A stretch of 64,000 nt of DNA from the NCBI GenBank assembly GCA_031409275.1, contig JANNXA010000045.1, forward strand, positions 4,396-68,395, written 5' to 3'. This DNA is from Planctomycetota bacterium (GTDB lineage Bacteria; Planctomycetota; B15-G4; SIAN01). This document shows, piece after piece, positions 1-9,694 of this stretch (position 1 is the stretch's first letter; every line of letters starts with the position of its first letter). The notes beneath the pieces were generated by a model. The model had not been told where the DNA came from and searched no databases. It saw only the letters and a list, made by a program, of their open reading frames with translations. Position numbers and translations under genes: made by a program.

Positions 1-3000
1 ATCAGGAACTGCTGGTAGGCCGGATGACGGTGCGCCGCCTCATCGTGACCGAGCGTGCAGGCGATCACGCGACCTTGGCCGAAGGGATGGCGCCACGCCA
101 CCGGAAATGCCTCCTTGCTGCGACGCGAGCGGCCGCGCAGCAGCACCGTCGTCTTGAAGTCGACTTGCGGCTCGAAGCGGTACAGCTCGTCGGCGACGGT
201 GAAGGTGGCGGGAACGCTCGACAGAAGCGAATCGCCCGTTGCGACCACTTCCACGTCGAACTCGCCGTACGCCTCGTGGCCATGCGCGCCGCCGCCCACG
301 ACGCTGGCGTTCCACTCCGGCCAATCGGACCAGTTGAACCACGCGGCCGCATGCTGCACGAGGAGCGTGCCGCCCCGCTCGACGAACTGCAGCAGCGCGC
401 GCCGCAGCGCCGCATCGGGCAGCGGCTGGTTGTTGGCAAGGACGATCACCTTCGCATGGTTCAGCGCAGCCGCGAGCGCCTCGGGGAGCTCGCTGTAGGC
501 GACGCTGGTGATGCCGGCACCCGCGAGCGTCGCCACGTCGGTCTCACCCCAATGACGAGCGAAGTCGTGGCTCGAGCCGCCGCCGAAGAGGAAGACGTCG
601 TGGTCCGATGGCGGCGGAGGCGGCGGCGTCGTGGCCGCTTTCGGGGCCCCCTTCTTCTCGGCGGTGATCGCCAGCAGGGTGGGCGCAAAGTGGTTGTCGA
701 AGCTCTCCAGCACGATCGACGCGACCACCCCGGCTTTCGGTGGCACCAGCGCGTGGTAGCGCACCTGCCCCGCCGACCCGTCGGCGACCAGGCCTGGCAC
801 GAACTCCGAGCCCGGCACGTCGTTGCGCCCGATCCAGTCGGCGAACTCGACGCCGTTGCTCAGGATCGTCTCCGCGCTGGTGCCATCGGCGTAGCGCCAG
901 GTCACCTTCAGGATCGGCTCGATCTCGCGGAAGTAGGGCCAGCCCCACGCCGCGATCCCGCCCAGCACGTGCAGCGCCTCGAGCTCCATGCCCACCGCAA
1001 GCTCGACGCGCTGCGGCATCTTCTTGCTGTCCCAGTCGTCGACGAGACCGCCCTTCAGCACCAGCGCGTTGTGGCCGGAGACCGTCCGCGCCGGATCGAG
1101 CAGCTCGAACGCCACGCCCTTCACGTCGACGATGCCGTAGCGGCGCAGCCGCAGCGGATTGTGGTCGCGACGCGTGTCGTAGAGCCCTTCATGGCCGTTC
1201 GCCGATGCGACGGTGCGCAGGTCGAGGACGCGCCAGCCCGAAACGCCTCCGCCGAGGTAGGAGATGACGTCGCGCAGCGCCTTGCCGCCCAGCGCCTCGA
1301 ACCCCGCCGGCATCGGCGAGCGTCCGCTGTTGCGCAGTTTCGAGAGATCCGCGCGCGCGAACTCGCGATCGCCCTCGGGATTGCGCAGGACCACCGCCTC
1401 GGCGGTCTCGCGTACCAGCACGCCGGTCTCGATGCGGCCATCCTTCAAGTACGCCTGCCATTCGGTGAAGGAGCCCTCGATCACGCGGTTGGGATCGAGG
1501 ATCACCGGCAGCAGGTCCTTGGCGCCGTGGAGCCCCATTCCGGAAAGCTCGGGACCGACCTTGCCACCGGCGCCGTACGCCGTGTGGCACTTCGCGCAGT
1601 TGGCCGTGAAGACGAGCTTGCCGGCCGCTGCATCGCCCGGCTGGTCGACTTCGGGCAGCAGCTGCGCGATCAGCGCGTCGATGGTCGCGTTGGTCGCCGG
1701 CAGCGCCGCCGCCAGCACGCGCTCCGCGCGCTGCGCCGTCGCCGCGTCGGCGTGGCTGCGCAGCCGATGGAGCCGCTGCGGTCCCAGCTCTCGCGCCGAT
1801 GTCGGCTTCGCTTCGAGCTGATCGAGCAGCACGGCAGTGAAGCTCGGTCGCGCGATCAGGAGCTCGAAGATCCGCTCGCGCGGCTGCTCCGAGAGGGCGC
1901 CGTACGCGGCCACCAGCACCTTCGCCGCTGCCGGGTCGTCCGTCGTCGCGAGCGCTGCGATCGCCCCCATCTGCAGGTCGAGCGATGCGGTCGGCGCCAA
2001 CAGCGCGGCCGACGCCTCGATCGCCGCGGCGCGACGCGCAGGGATCGAGAGCAGCTTGGCCAGCGCATCGGCACGCGCGGGGGGCGCCATCGCCGCGTCC
2101 CGCAGCGCCGACTCGAGCCGAGCGCCAAGCGCCGCCATCGAATCGCCAAGGCGCGCCGGATCGCCGCTGCGAACCGCCAGCGGCAACGTGGCGAGCGCGA
2201 CTTCGACCTCGCCGCCGAGCAGCACGCGCAGCGCCTTCTCCTGGTCGGGTGCCAGTGCGAGGCGCGCATCCGCCGGCAGCGCCTTGGCCAGCTCCTGCAT
2301 CGCCGTCTTCGCCAGGCGCACATCACCGGCCACCGCCGCGATCGACGGCAGCAGCGCCGCCGCCGCCGCCGCACCGCCCGCGCGAACGTGCCGCGCCACC
2401 ACGTAGCCGACCAGGTCGGTCAGCGCGCCGCGCTCCTTCGCGCTCGCAACCGCCGCGATCGAAGCGGCCGCATTGCGTGCCGCCGCGCGGACCAGGGCCG
2501 TGCGCGACCAATCGTCCTTGAGCTGCGGCCAGACGGCCAGCAACGCCGACACGATCGGCTCAGAGCTCGGCATGTCGCCCAGCGCCGAGATCAGCAGCAG
2601 GCGCCACCGTTCGTCCGCAGTCGGCAGCAGCGCCGCGACGCGCTTGGCGATCGCGCCGCCTTCGCTCGATCGACCGTGGAGCGCCGCGAGGCGCGCCGCG
2701 CTCTTCCTCACGCCCGCATCGCGATCGGCGAACAAGGAGTCGAGCGTCGCGCCATCGACGCCGCCGGCGTGCTGCAACGCCCACGCAGCCGCCATGCGTC
2801 CGGGCCCCGTCTTGCCGTTGCGCGCGAGCGCGGCGAGTTCTGGTCGCTGCGCTGCCGCGTTTCGCTCGATCAGCAGCCGCAGCGCCGTCGCGCGCACCCA
2901 ACGGTTCGCATGGTCGAGCGCGGCGACCAGCTCCGCGCCGCTCGCCCCCTCGAGCTTCGGAACCTTGGCGACCTGCGCGTCCCGATGCTGCACACGCCAG

Positions 3001-4913
3001 ATGCGGCCGTACTGGTGGTCGCGATCGGGGCGCTTGGCGGCGTTGGTCGGGCCATGCGGCGGACCACGCGTGTCGTTGTGCACGACCGCCTGGTTGTAGA
3101 AGTCGAGCACGTAGGCGGCGCCGTCGGGCCCCTCGCGCAGATGGATCGGGCGGAACCAGAGGTCGCGCCCGGCGAGGAACTCCGCTTCGCGCGCCTTGCT
3201 GCCGCGGTAGGTGACGCCGCCCGCGGCGAGCACGTCGTGATGCACGAGGTTCACCGTCGGCTCGGTCACGAAGTGGGCGTTGCGCCACGGCTCCGGCCAG
3301 GCACCGCCGGTGTAGATCATGCAGCCCGCGGCGGCGGTGAAGCCGCCGACGAAGTCGATCTGGACGTAGGCCGGCACCGTCTCGTGCGTGAGCGGGAAGA
3401 CGCGGTCGTGGTCGGGCACGTCGGCAAAGCTCTCGACACCACCGACGCGGCCGCCGGCCAGCACCGCCTCGGGCAGGACGACGTGGCGCAGGTGCGCCCC
3501 GTTCGCCATGGTGAAGAAGAGTTCGTCGTCATCGCTCCAGTCGAGCCCCCACGTGTTCGAGCCGTAGGAGCTGACCATCTCGATGGCGCTGCCGTCCGGC
3601 ATGAAGCGGAACAGGCCATTGCCGATCGCGCCGTGGTCGACCCCGTCGAGTCCGACGATGTGGCGCGAGGCGCCGCCGCTGTAGCCCTGGGTCGCGTAGA
3701 TCCAGCCATCGAGGCCGAAGCGCAGGTTGCTGACGGTGGCGTGGGTGTCGCCGAAGCCGAATCCCTTGAAGAGGACCACCTTCTCGTCCGCCACGTCATC
3801 GCCATCGCGATCGCGCAGCCAGAGGATCTCCGGTGACGCGCTCACGATGACGCCGTCGCGCCACGGAACCACCGACGTCACCAGGTCGAGACCACCGAAG
3901 AAGGTCTTCTTCGAGTCGGCGCGCCCGTCGCCATCGGCGTCGACGAGGATCGCGATCTCGTCATGCGCGGGGACTCCGGAGAACTGCTCCTTCTCGGGGT
4001 AGCCCGGCGTCAGCGCGACGATGGCACGTCCGCGCGCATCCCATTCGATCGAGATCGGCTTCTCGATCAGCGGTTCGGCGGCCATCAGCGACAGGTCGAA
4101 CTCGGGGTGGAGCGCGAGTGCTTCGTGCGCGCGCGCGGGAGCGAGCGGCCCGCCCGGCGGATAGGCGAAGCTGGCGCGCTCGGCGTCGTTCAGGAGGAGG
4201 TCGACGTCGCGCCGCCCCGCCCACGCGATGCCGCGCAGCACGCTGCCGCGCCAGGCCGGGTTCGAGAAGCTCTCGTGGTAGTGGCCTTGCAGCGAGACGA
4301 ACGCGCGATGCGCTTTGCCTTCGAAGGTCCACGCCTGCGGCGCGATGTCGAAGACGGTGTGGAAGCTGTTCGCCAGCACCTTCACGCCGTCGGCGAAGTG
4401 AAGCTCGTAGTAGACCTCGTCGCGCAGGCGGAAGTTGCCGCAGCCCGCGCTGATCGGATGGTGGTGGTCGACGTAGTAGAGATCGATCTCGTCGGTGTGC
4501 CACTTCGAGTGGCCGTGCTCCCACGCACCGCCGATCACCGTCTTCCACCAATGCGGATCGTCGCCACAGACCGAGTCGTGCAGCGCCACGATGCCGCCGC
4601 CGCGCGCCACGAACGCGTCGAGCGCCGCGCGCTCCTCGCCGTGGATCGACCCGCCCTCCGCCGCGTACATCACCAGCACGTCGCTCTGCGCCAGTTCGTC
4701 AGCGGTCGGGAACCGCAGCGCCCCTTTGACGACGGCGCCGCGCTGCGTGAGCAGCGGCGTCCACTCCTCGACCCAGCGCGGATGGTCGTGCTCGCCGGGG
4801 CCGTGGGTCTTCTCGCCGCCGCGCAGGAAGAGGCGCAGCGGTGGCGCTTCCGCGACGGGGGATGCTGAGAACGGGGCCGACAGGCACAGGGCGAGCAGGG
4901 TGGCGGTTGTCAT
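1..4913 (-). CDS. Giant secreted PVC-type multidomain protein, 3' end truncated by the window. Order N to C: signal peptide, ThuA-like domain, putative membrane-bound dehydrogenase beta-propeller, HEAT repeats, cytochrome c CxxCH (CAKCH) domain, second ThuA-like domain.
   Basis: The + ORF 24..3836 is Arg-rich antisense; its codon-aligned reverse complement has about 90% GC3 and no stops from 4913 to position 1, so the track misses it for lack of an in-window stop. Start ATG at 4911-4913 gives MTTATLLALCLSAPFSA. Motifs read from sequence: GFGFGDTHATVSNLRFGLDGWIYATQGYSGG, ANCAKCHTAYGAGGKVGPELSG, PVAWRHPFGQGRVIACTLGHDE. Confidence 0.7.
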   Translation of the reverse strand, partial: MTTATLLALCLSAPFSASPVAEAPPLRLFLRGGEKTHGPGEHDHPRWVEEWTPLLTQRGAVVKGALRFPTADELAQSDVLVMYAAEGGSIHGEERAALDAFVARGGGIVALHDSVCGDDPHWWKTVIGGAWEHGHSKWHTDEIDLYYVDHHHPISAGCGNFRLRDEVYYELHFADGVKVLANSFHTVFDIAPQAWTFEGKAHRAFVSLQGHYHESFSNPAWRGSVLRGIAWAGRRDVDLLLNDAERASFAYPPGGPLAPARAHEALALHPEFDLSLMAAEPLIEKPISIEWDARGRAIVALTPGYPEKEQFSGVPAHDEIAILVDADGDGRADSKKTFFGGLDLVTSVVPWRDGVIVSASPEILWLRDRDGDDVADEKVVLFKGFGFGDTHATVSNLRFGLDGWIYATQGYSGGASRHIVGLDGVDHGAIGNGLFRFMPDGSAIEMVSSYGSNTWGLDWSDDDELFFTMANGAHLRHVVLPEAVLAGGRVGGVESFADVPDHDRVFPLTHETVPAYVQIDFVGGFTAAAGCMIYTGGAWPEPWRNAHFVTEPTVNLVHHDVLAAGGVTYRGSKAREAEFLAGRDLWFRPIHLREGPDGAAYVLDFYNQAVVHNDTRGPPHGPTNAAKRPDRDHQYGRIWRVQHRDAQVAKVPKLEGASGAELVAALDHANRWVRATALRLLIERNAAAQRPELAALARNGKTGPGRMAAAWALQHAGGVDGATLDSLFADRDAGVRKSAARLAALHGRSSEGGAIAKRVAALLPTADERWRLLLISALGDMPSSEPIVSALLAVWPQLKDDWSRTALVRAAARNAAASIAAVASAKERGALTDLVGYVVARHVRAGGAAAAAALLPSIAAVAGDVRLAKTAMQELAKALPADARLALAPDQEKALRVLLGGEVEVALATLPLAVRSGDPARLGDSMAALGARLESALRDAAMAPPARADALAKLLSIPARRAAAIEASAALLAPTASLDLQMGAIAALATTDDPAAAKVLVAAYGALSEQPRERIFELLIARPSFTAVLLDQLEAKPTSARELGPQRLHRLRSHADAATAQRAERVLAAALPATNATIDALIAQLLPEVDQPGDAAAGKLVFTANCAKCHTAYGAGGKVGPELSGMGLHGAKDLLPVILDPNRVIEGSFTEWQAYLKDGRIETGVLVRETAEAVVLRNPEGDREFARADLSKLRNSGRSPMPAGFEALGGKALRDVISYLGGGVSGWRVLDLRTVASANGHEGLYDTRRDHNPLRLRRYGIVDVKGVAFELLDPARTVSGHNALVLKGGLVDDWDSKKMPQRVELAVGMELEALHVLGGIAAWGWPYFREIEPILKVTWRYADGTSAETILSNGVEFADWIGRNDVPGSEFVPGLVADGSAGQVRYHALVPPKAGVVASIVLESFDNHFAPTLLAITAEKKGAPKAATTPPPPPPSDHDVFLFGGGSSHDFARHWGETDVATLAGAGITSVAYSELPEALAAALNHAKVIVLANNQPLPDAALRRALLQFVERGGTLLVQHAAAWFNWSDWPEWNASVVGGGAHGHEAYGEFDVEVVATGDSLLSSVPATFTVADELYRFEPQVDFKTTVLLRGRSRRSKEAFPVAWRHPFGQGRVIACTLGHDEAAHRHPAYQQFL

Positions 4914-5055
4914 CCCGGGAGAAATATCCGCCGCCGCGCCGGCGAGCCACCCGCCGGGCGACACTTTTTTTCCCGAGGCCGCCTCAACAGCGACATCGAT
5001 TCCAGTCGACCAGACCTCCACGCCGCGCAGAAACCCGCGGCGAGGAGGCGCTCTG

Positions 5056-6630
5056 ATGACGACTCGTGTGCTCGCCCCGGCTCCGAAGGGGTTCCACGGC
5101 GACCGCTATCTGCTGCGCCTCGTCGACCTGCTAGCGCCGCGCGCCGCGCTGTTCCTCGAAACGGGCGCCAACGTTGGATCGACGCTCGGCTACGTCGCGC
5201 GCCGCTTCCCGCAACTCGAGTGCTTCTCCTGCGAGCCGGACGCCGCCGCCGCCGAGGTCGCGGCCGCCCACGCATGCATCCGGCCGGGCGTGACGCTCGA
5301 GCGCACCACCTCGCAGGAGATGCTGCGCAAGCTCGATCAGCAGGACCCGGCTCGCTTCGCCCGTCCGTTGCTTGCCTGGCTCGATGCCCACGGTTACGGC
5401 TTCGCCTGGCCGTTGCGCGACGAAGTGCGCTTCCTCACGGAGAAGTTCGCGAGCGGCTTCCTCCTCGTCGACGACTTCCGCGTGCCGCACGACGAACGTT
5501 TCGGTTTCGACGCCTACGCCGACGAGGAGTGCTCGTTCGACTACGTGAAAGCGTCGATCGCGCCGAACGTGGCGTGGCGCCTCTACTACCCCGCCTACTC
5601 CGAGCACACGTCGCCCTGGCATCCGCTGCGCGGTTGGGGGCTGCTGCAGTTCGGGCCCGAGGCGGCGGCGCTCGATCGACTCGACGCGCTGCTCCCCGAC
5701 GTCTGCCTCCACGCCGAGAGCCACGCGCCGCCCGTGCGCGGCGTCGAGTTCCTGCGCCGCGAACTCGCGCGTCATCCCGCACGAGTGGAGTGCTGGAACG
5801 AACTGGGCGCGCGCCTGCTCGAGCAGAAGGATGGCGACGGCGCGCGCCGCGCGTTCGCCGAAGCGCTGCGCCTCGATCCGCGCCACGAAGGGGCGCGCGC
5901 GAGCTGGCGGCAACTCCTCGAAGCGGCGCAGCCGCCCGGCGCGAAACCGCTGCCGATCGCGCCAGGGGCATGGGGCCGCATGGTCCATCGCGATCCCTAC
6001 TCCGACCTGCGCGACCTCTGCACCCTCGCGCACCCCACCATCGTCGACGGCGGCGCCAACCGCGGCGACACCGTGGCGCGACTCCGGGCGCTCTTTCCGG
6101 GAGCGATGATCCACGCCTTCGAACCGATCCCCGCGCTCGCCGAGGCGGTCCGCACCCGCTTCGCGGCGGACGCCCAGCTGGTGGTGCACAAGTCGGCGCT
6201 CACGGCGAAGCCGGGCAGCGCTCGGCTGAAACGGATGCGTTCCGATCCGACCTCCTCGCTGCTGGCGCCGAGTCGTCTCGCGCAGCGCTATCAGGGTTCG
6301 CGCGTCGATGTGGTCGAGGAACTCGAGGTGCTCGGGCTGCCGCTCGCGGACGCGATCGCGGCGCCGATCGACCTGCTGAAGCTCGACCTCCAGGGCGGCG
6401 AGCTCGACGCGTTGCGCGGTCTCGGCGGCCGCCTGGGTGAAGTGCGCCTGATCCTCGCCGAAGTCGAGTTCGCGCCGCTCTACGACGGGCAGCCGCTCTT
6501 CGCCGATCTCGACCTGTTCCTGCGCAGCGCCGGTTTCCGGCTGTTCCACCTCTACGACCTTTGGAGCCACCCTGACGGTCAGGTGACCGCCGGCGACGCG
6601 CTCTACGTGAACGAGCGCTTCTACTCATGA
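5056..6630 (+). CDS. FkbM-family SAM-dependent methyltransferase with two FkbM-like halves and a central TPR-like segment.
   Basis: GGAGG Shine-Dalgarno at 5045-5049 before ATG 5056. The upstream part of track ORF 4495..6630 is S/T-rich overlap with the minus gene. C-terminal half (TIVDGGANRGDTVARL...LDLLKLDLQGGELDAL) matches the FkbM methyltransferase pattern. ATGA overlap with the next gene. Confidence 0.7.
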   Translation: MTTRVLAPAPKGFHGDRYLLRLVDLLAPRAALFLETGANVGSTLGYVARRFPQLECFSCEPDAAAAEVAAAHACIRPGVTLERTTSQEMLRKLDQQDPARFARPLLAWLDAHGYGFAWPLRDEVRFLTEKFASGFLLVDDFRVPHDERFGFDAYADEECSFDYVKASIAPNVAWRLYYPAYSEHTSPWHPLRGWGLLQFGPEAAALDRLDALLPDVCLHAESHAPPVRGVEFLRRELARHPARVECWNELGARLLEQKDGDGARRAFAEALRLDPRHEGARASWRQLLEAAQPPGAKPLPIAPGAWGRMVHRDPYSDLRDLCTLAHPTIVDGGANRGDTVARLRALFPGAMIHAFEPIPALAEAVRTRFAADAQLVVHKSALTAKPGSARLKRMRSDPTSSLLAPSRLAQRYQGSRVDVVEELEVLGLPLADAIAAPIDLLKLDLQGGELDALRGLGGRLGEVRLILAEVEFAPLYDGQPLFADLDLFLRSAGFRLFHLYDLWSHPDGQVTAGDALYVNERFYS

Positions 6631-7712
6631 CTCGCGCGCTGCTGGTCACTGGATCGAGCGGACTGATCGGCTCGGCGTCGGTCCGCCACTTCGCCGCGCT
6701 CGGCTGGCGCGTCGTCGGCGTCGACAACAACTCGCGGCAGGACTTCTTCGGGCCGGGCGGCGACACGCGACCGACGCTCGCGGCGCTGCAACGCGACGTC
6801 GAGTCGTTCGAGCACGTCGAGCTCGACGTGAGGAACCGCGCCGGCCTCGCGCGCCTGGTGCAGCGCGTGCGACCGCAAGCGATCGTCCACTGCGCGGCGC
6901 AACCCTCCCACGACCTCGCCCGCCACCGACCGTACGACGACTTCGAGACCAATGCGCTCGGCACCTTGAACCTGCTCGAAGCCGCGCGCGCCGGCTGTCC
7001 CGATTCGCCGTTCGTCTTCCTCTCGACCAACAAGGTCTACGGTGACGCGCCGAACGAACGGCCGCTGCTCGACTTGCCGACCCGCTTCGACTACGCGCGT
7101 CCCGAGGACCACCACGGCATCTCGGAGGAGTGCCGCATCGACCGCTCGATGCACAGCCTCTTTGGCGCCTCGAAAGCGGCGGCCGACCTGATGGTGCAGG
7201 AGTACGGCCGCTGCTTCGGAATGCCGACGGTGTGCTTCCGCGCCGGTTGCATGACCGGCCCGAGCCACGCGGGCGTCGAGCTGCACGGCTTCCTCTCCTA
7301 CCTCGTGAAGAGCGCCGTGCGCGGCCGCGAGTACACGATCATCGGCCACGGCGGCAAGCAGGTTCGCGACCAGATCCACGCCCACGATGTCGGCACCGCC
7401 ATCGAAGCGTGGCTCGAGAAGCCGAGCGCGGGGGCCGTCTACAACCTCGGCGGCGGCCGCGCGTGCCACGGCTCGGTGCTCGAGTGCCTCGACCTCGTCG
7501 ACTCGCTGCTCGGTCGGACGACCCCGCGGCGGCACGAGCCACGCGCGCGCGCCGGCGACCACCAGTGCTACTTGAGCGACACGCGCCGCTTCGAGGCCGA
7601 CCATCCGCGGTGGCGTCTCACGCGGACGCTCCCGCAGCTGATCGAGGAGATGGTGCGCGCCGAAGTCGACGCTGCTCAGCCGGCGCTGGCCGCCCTCGCC
7701 CCCTCGCGGTGA
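6627..7712 (+). CDS. NAD-dependent epimerase/dehydratase (SDR family, nucleotide-sugar epimerase such as CDP-paratose 2-epimerase-like).
   Basis: N-terminal Rossmann motif LLVTGSSGLIGSA and catalytic YxxxK region (LFGASKAAAD). Start overlaps upstream stop (ATGA); stop overlaps next start (TGATG). Confidence 0.8.
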   Translation: MTRALLVTGSSGLIGSASVRHFAALGWRVVGVDNNSRQDFFGPGGDTRPTLAALQRDVESFEHVELDVRNRAGLARLVQRVRPQAIVHCAAQPSHDLARHRPYDDFETNALGTLNLLEAARAGCPDSPFVFLSTNKVYGDAPNERPLLDLPTRFDYARPEDHHGISEECRIDRSMHSLFGASKAAADLMVQEYGRCFGMPTVCFRAGCMTGPSHAGVELHGFLSYLVKSAVRGREYTIIGHGGKQVRDQIHAHDVGTAIEAWLEKPSAGAVYNLGGGRACHGSVLECLDLVDSLLGRTTPRRHEPRARAGDHQCYLSDTRRFEADHPRWRLTRTLPQLIEEMVRAEVDAAQPALAALAPSR

Positions 7713-8653
7713 TGGGCATGCCGCTGCGTCTCGCCTTCTGCGACTTCTGGCCCCGCTTCGAACCGCCGCACTTCGCGGCGCGGCTGCCGGCGCTCACGGA
7801 ACTCGCCTCGCTCGAGATCGTCTCCGACCCGCGCGCGGCGCAGCTGCTGATCTTCTCGTGCTTCCCGGACGGGCAGCGCACGTCGCGACCGCGCGATCCG
7901 CGGCGCCTCGGCGCCAACGGCGTACGGCTCTTCTACACCGCCGAGAACGTGCCGCCCGACTTCGCGACCTGCGACTTCGCGCTGTCGTTCTGCCGCGACC
8001 TCGTCGACCCGCGCCATCTGCGTCTCCCGAACTACGTCGCGACGCAGGCGCAGCAGGGCTTCGCTGCGGATGCGCTGCACCACCCCCCCGCCGATCCGCT
8101 CGCGCTGTTGCGCGCCAAGACGCGCTTCTGCACCTATGTGCAGGGCAACCCGCTGCCGTTTCGCGAGGAGTTCGTGCGCGCGTTGTCGAGCTTTAGGAGG
8201 GTCGACTGCGCCGGCCGCTCGCTGAACAACACCGGCTTCATCGCCGATCGCCAACGCAAGCTCGCGCTCTTCCGCGAGAGCAAGTTCGCGGTCACCTTCG
8301 AGAACGAGGCGGCGCTCGGCTACGTGAGCGAGAAGCTCCCCGATGCGCTGCTGGCGGGATGCGTGCCGATCTACTGGGGCGATCCGACCGTCGCGCTCGA
8401 CTTCGATCCGCGCTGCTTCGTCCATCGCCGCGACTTCGCGACGCAGGAGGAGCTCGTCGCCGAAGTGGCGCGACTCGACCGCGACGACGATGCCTACCTC
8501 GCGCGCCTCTCCGCCCCTCGCCTTCCGGCCGGCCGGCCCGTCGACGGCGCCGACCCCGCGCAATTGCGCGCTTTCCTCGGGCGCGTCGTGGCGGCCGCCG
8601 CGCGCGTCGCCCCGCGCTCCGCCATCACGAACGAACGGGTCACACGCGGGTGA
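7712..8653 (+). CDS. GT10-family alpha-1,3/4-fucosyltransferase-like glycosyltransferase.
   Basis: The real start is the internal ATG at 7712 (MGMPLRLAFCDFWP); the first 194 aa of ORF 7130..8653 is out-of-frame overlap with the epimerase. Carries the alpha-1,3-FucT signature FENEAALGYVSEKL and CDFALSF. Confidence 0.75.
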   Translation: MGMPLRLAFCDFWPRFEPPHFAARLPALTELASLEIVSDPRAAQLLIFSCFPDGQRTSRPRDPRRLGANGVRLFYTAENVPPDFATCDFALSFCRDLVDPRHLRLPNYVATQAQQGFAADALHHPPADPLALLRAKTRFCTYVQGNPLPFREEFVRALSSFRRVDCAGRSLNNTGFIADRQRKLALFRESKFAVTFENEAALGYVSEKLPDALLAGCVPIYWGDPTVALDFDPRCFVHRRDFATQEELVAEVARLDRDDDAYLARLSAPRLPAGRPVDGADPAQLRAFLGRVVAAAARVAPRSAITNERVTRG

Positions 8654-8715
8654 ACGACGATCCGTAAGGTCGGCGCTGCTCCGACCTCCTCGAACGTGGG
8701 CCAGGAATCGAAACG

Positions 8716-9693
8716 ATGCGACTCGTGCTGCTGTTGGTGCTCGCCGCGCTGCTCCCCGGCTGCGTCTCGCTCGACAAATTGGAGATCGAGCAGCGGTTGC
8801 TGGCGATGGAGCGCCACGCACCGGTGCGCGCGCTGGGAGTGCAGCGCACGGTCGCCCCCGCGCTCCTCGATGGCGAACGCGTCGAGGCGGAGTTCCGCTG
8901 GTACCGAGCGGGCGCCATCGGACCCGATCGCCCGACGCTGCTGCTGATCCCCGGCACGCCGAGCTCGTTTGCGACCTGGAGCGACGTCGTCTTCGGGAGC
9001 GGCTCGATCGACGGTCTGGCGCGCGACCATGACGTCATCGTGCTCGACATCATCGGCCACGGGATCACCTCCACCACCGTCGAGCCCTACTCCTTCCAGC
9101 GTGCCGCGGATTGGATCGGTGCCTTCCTCGACACGCTCGACCTGCACCGGGTCACGATCGTCGGCAACAGCTACGGCGGCGAGTTCGCCTGGCGTGCGGC
9201 GCTCGACCATGCCGATCGCATCGAACGGGTCGTCCTGATGTCGAGTTCCGGCTTCGCGCGCCGCGACGGCGAGTGGCTGCCCGAGGAAGTGAAGATGCGT
9301 GAGCTGTCGCTGGCCAAGATCGGCTGGTGGTTCAATTCGCGCGAGCGGATCCTCGGCGCGCTGCAGCCCCACTTCGGAGCACCGGTCGGCGACGCGCACG
9401 TCGAGGAGGTCTTCCTCGTCTGCGAGAACCGCGACAACTGGGAATCGATGATCGACCTCGCCCGCGACGAGAACGGCACCCGCTCGGCCGAGCTCGCGGC
9501 GCTGCCGCAGCCGACGCTCCTGCTTTGGGGCGAGCGCGACGTCGCCTACCCAATCGAGCGCTTCGCCCGCGACTTCGAGCGAACGATCCCGCGCGCGCGG
9601 CTCGAGCGGGTGCCCGACTCCGGCCACTACCCGCAGGAAGAGAACCCTGCCTTCGTTGCGAACGCGCTGCGCGCCTTCGTGAAGGAGCGTTGA
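8716..9693 (+). CDS. Alpha/beta-hydrolase fold lipoprotein.
   Basis: Lipoprotein signal LLPGC, nucleophile elbow GNSYGG, hydrolase-fold length, high GC3. Confidence 0.75.
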   Translation: MRLVLLLVLAALLPGCVSLDKLEIEQRLLAMERHAPVRALGVQRTVAPALLDGERVEAEFRWYRAGAIGPDRPTLLLIPGTPSSFATWSDVVFGSGSIDGLARDHDVIVLDIIGHGITSTTVEPYSFQRAADWIGAFLDTLDLHRVTIVGNSYGGEFAWRAALDHADRIERVVLMSSSGFARRDGEWLPEEVKMRELSLAKIGWWFNSRERILGALQPHFGAPVGDAHVEEVFLVCENRDNWESMIDLARDENGTRSAELAALPQPTLLLWGERDVAYPIERFARDFERTIPRARLERVPDSGHYPQEENPAFVANALRAFVKER

Positions 9694-9694
9694 C

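Noticed and set aside
24-3836. 1270-aa + strand ORF (MTVRRLIVTERAGDHATLAEG...)
   Set aside because: Arg/Ala/Gln-rich with no motifs and mixed third positions. Its codon-aligned reverse complement is a coherent high-GC3 PVC-type protein with a signal peptide, ThuA domains and CAKCH. This is a classic antisense shadow ORF in high-GC DNA.
5131-6570. 479-aa minus-strand ORF, and 5220..6440 (+)
   Set aside because: Shadow frames of the FkbM methyltransferase gene.
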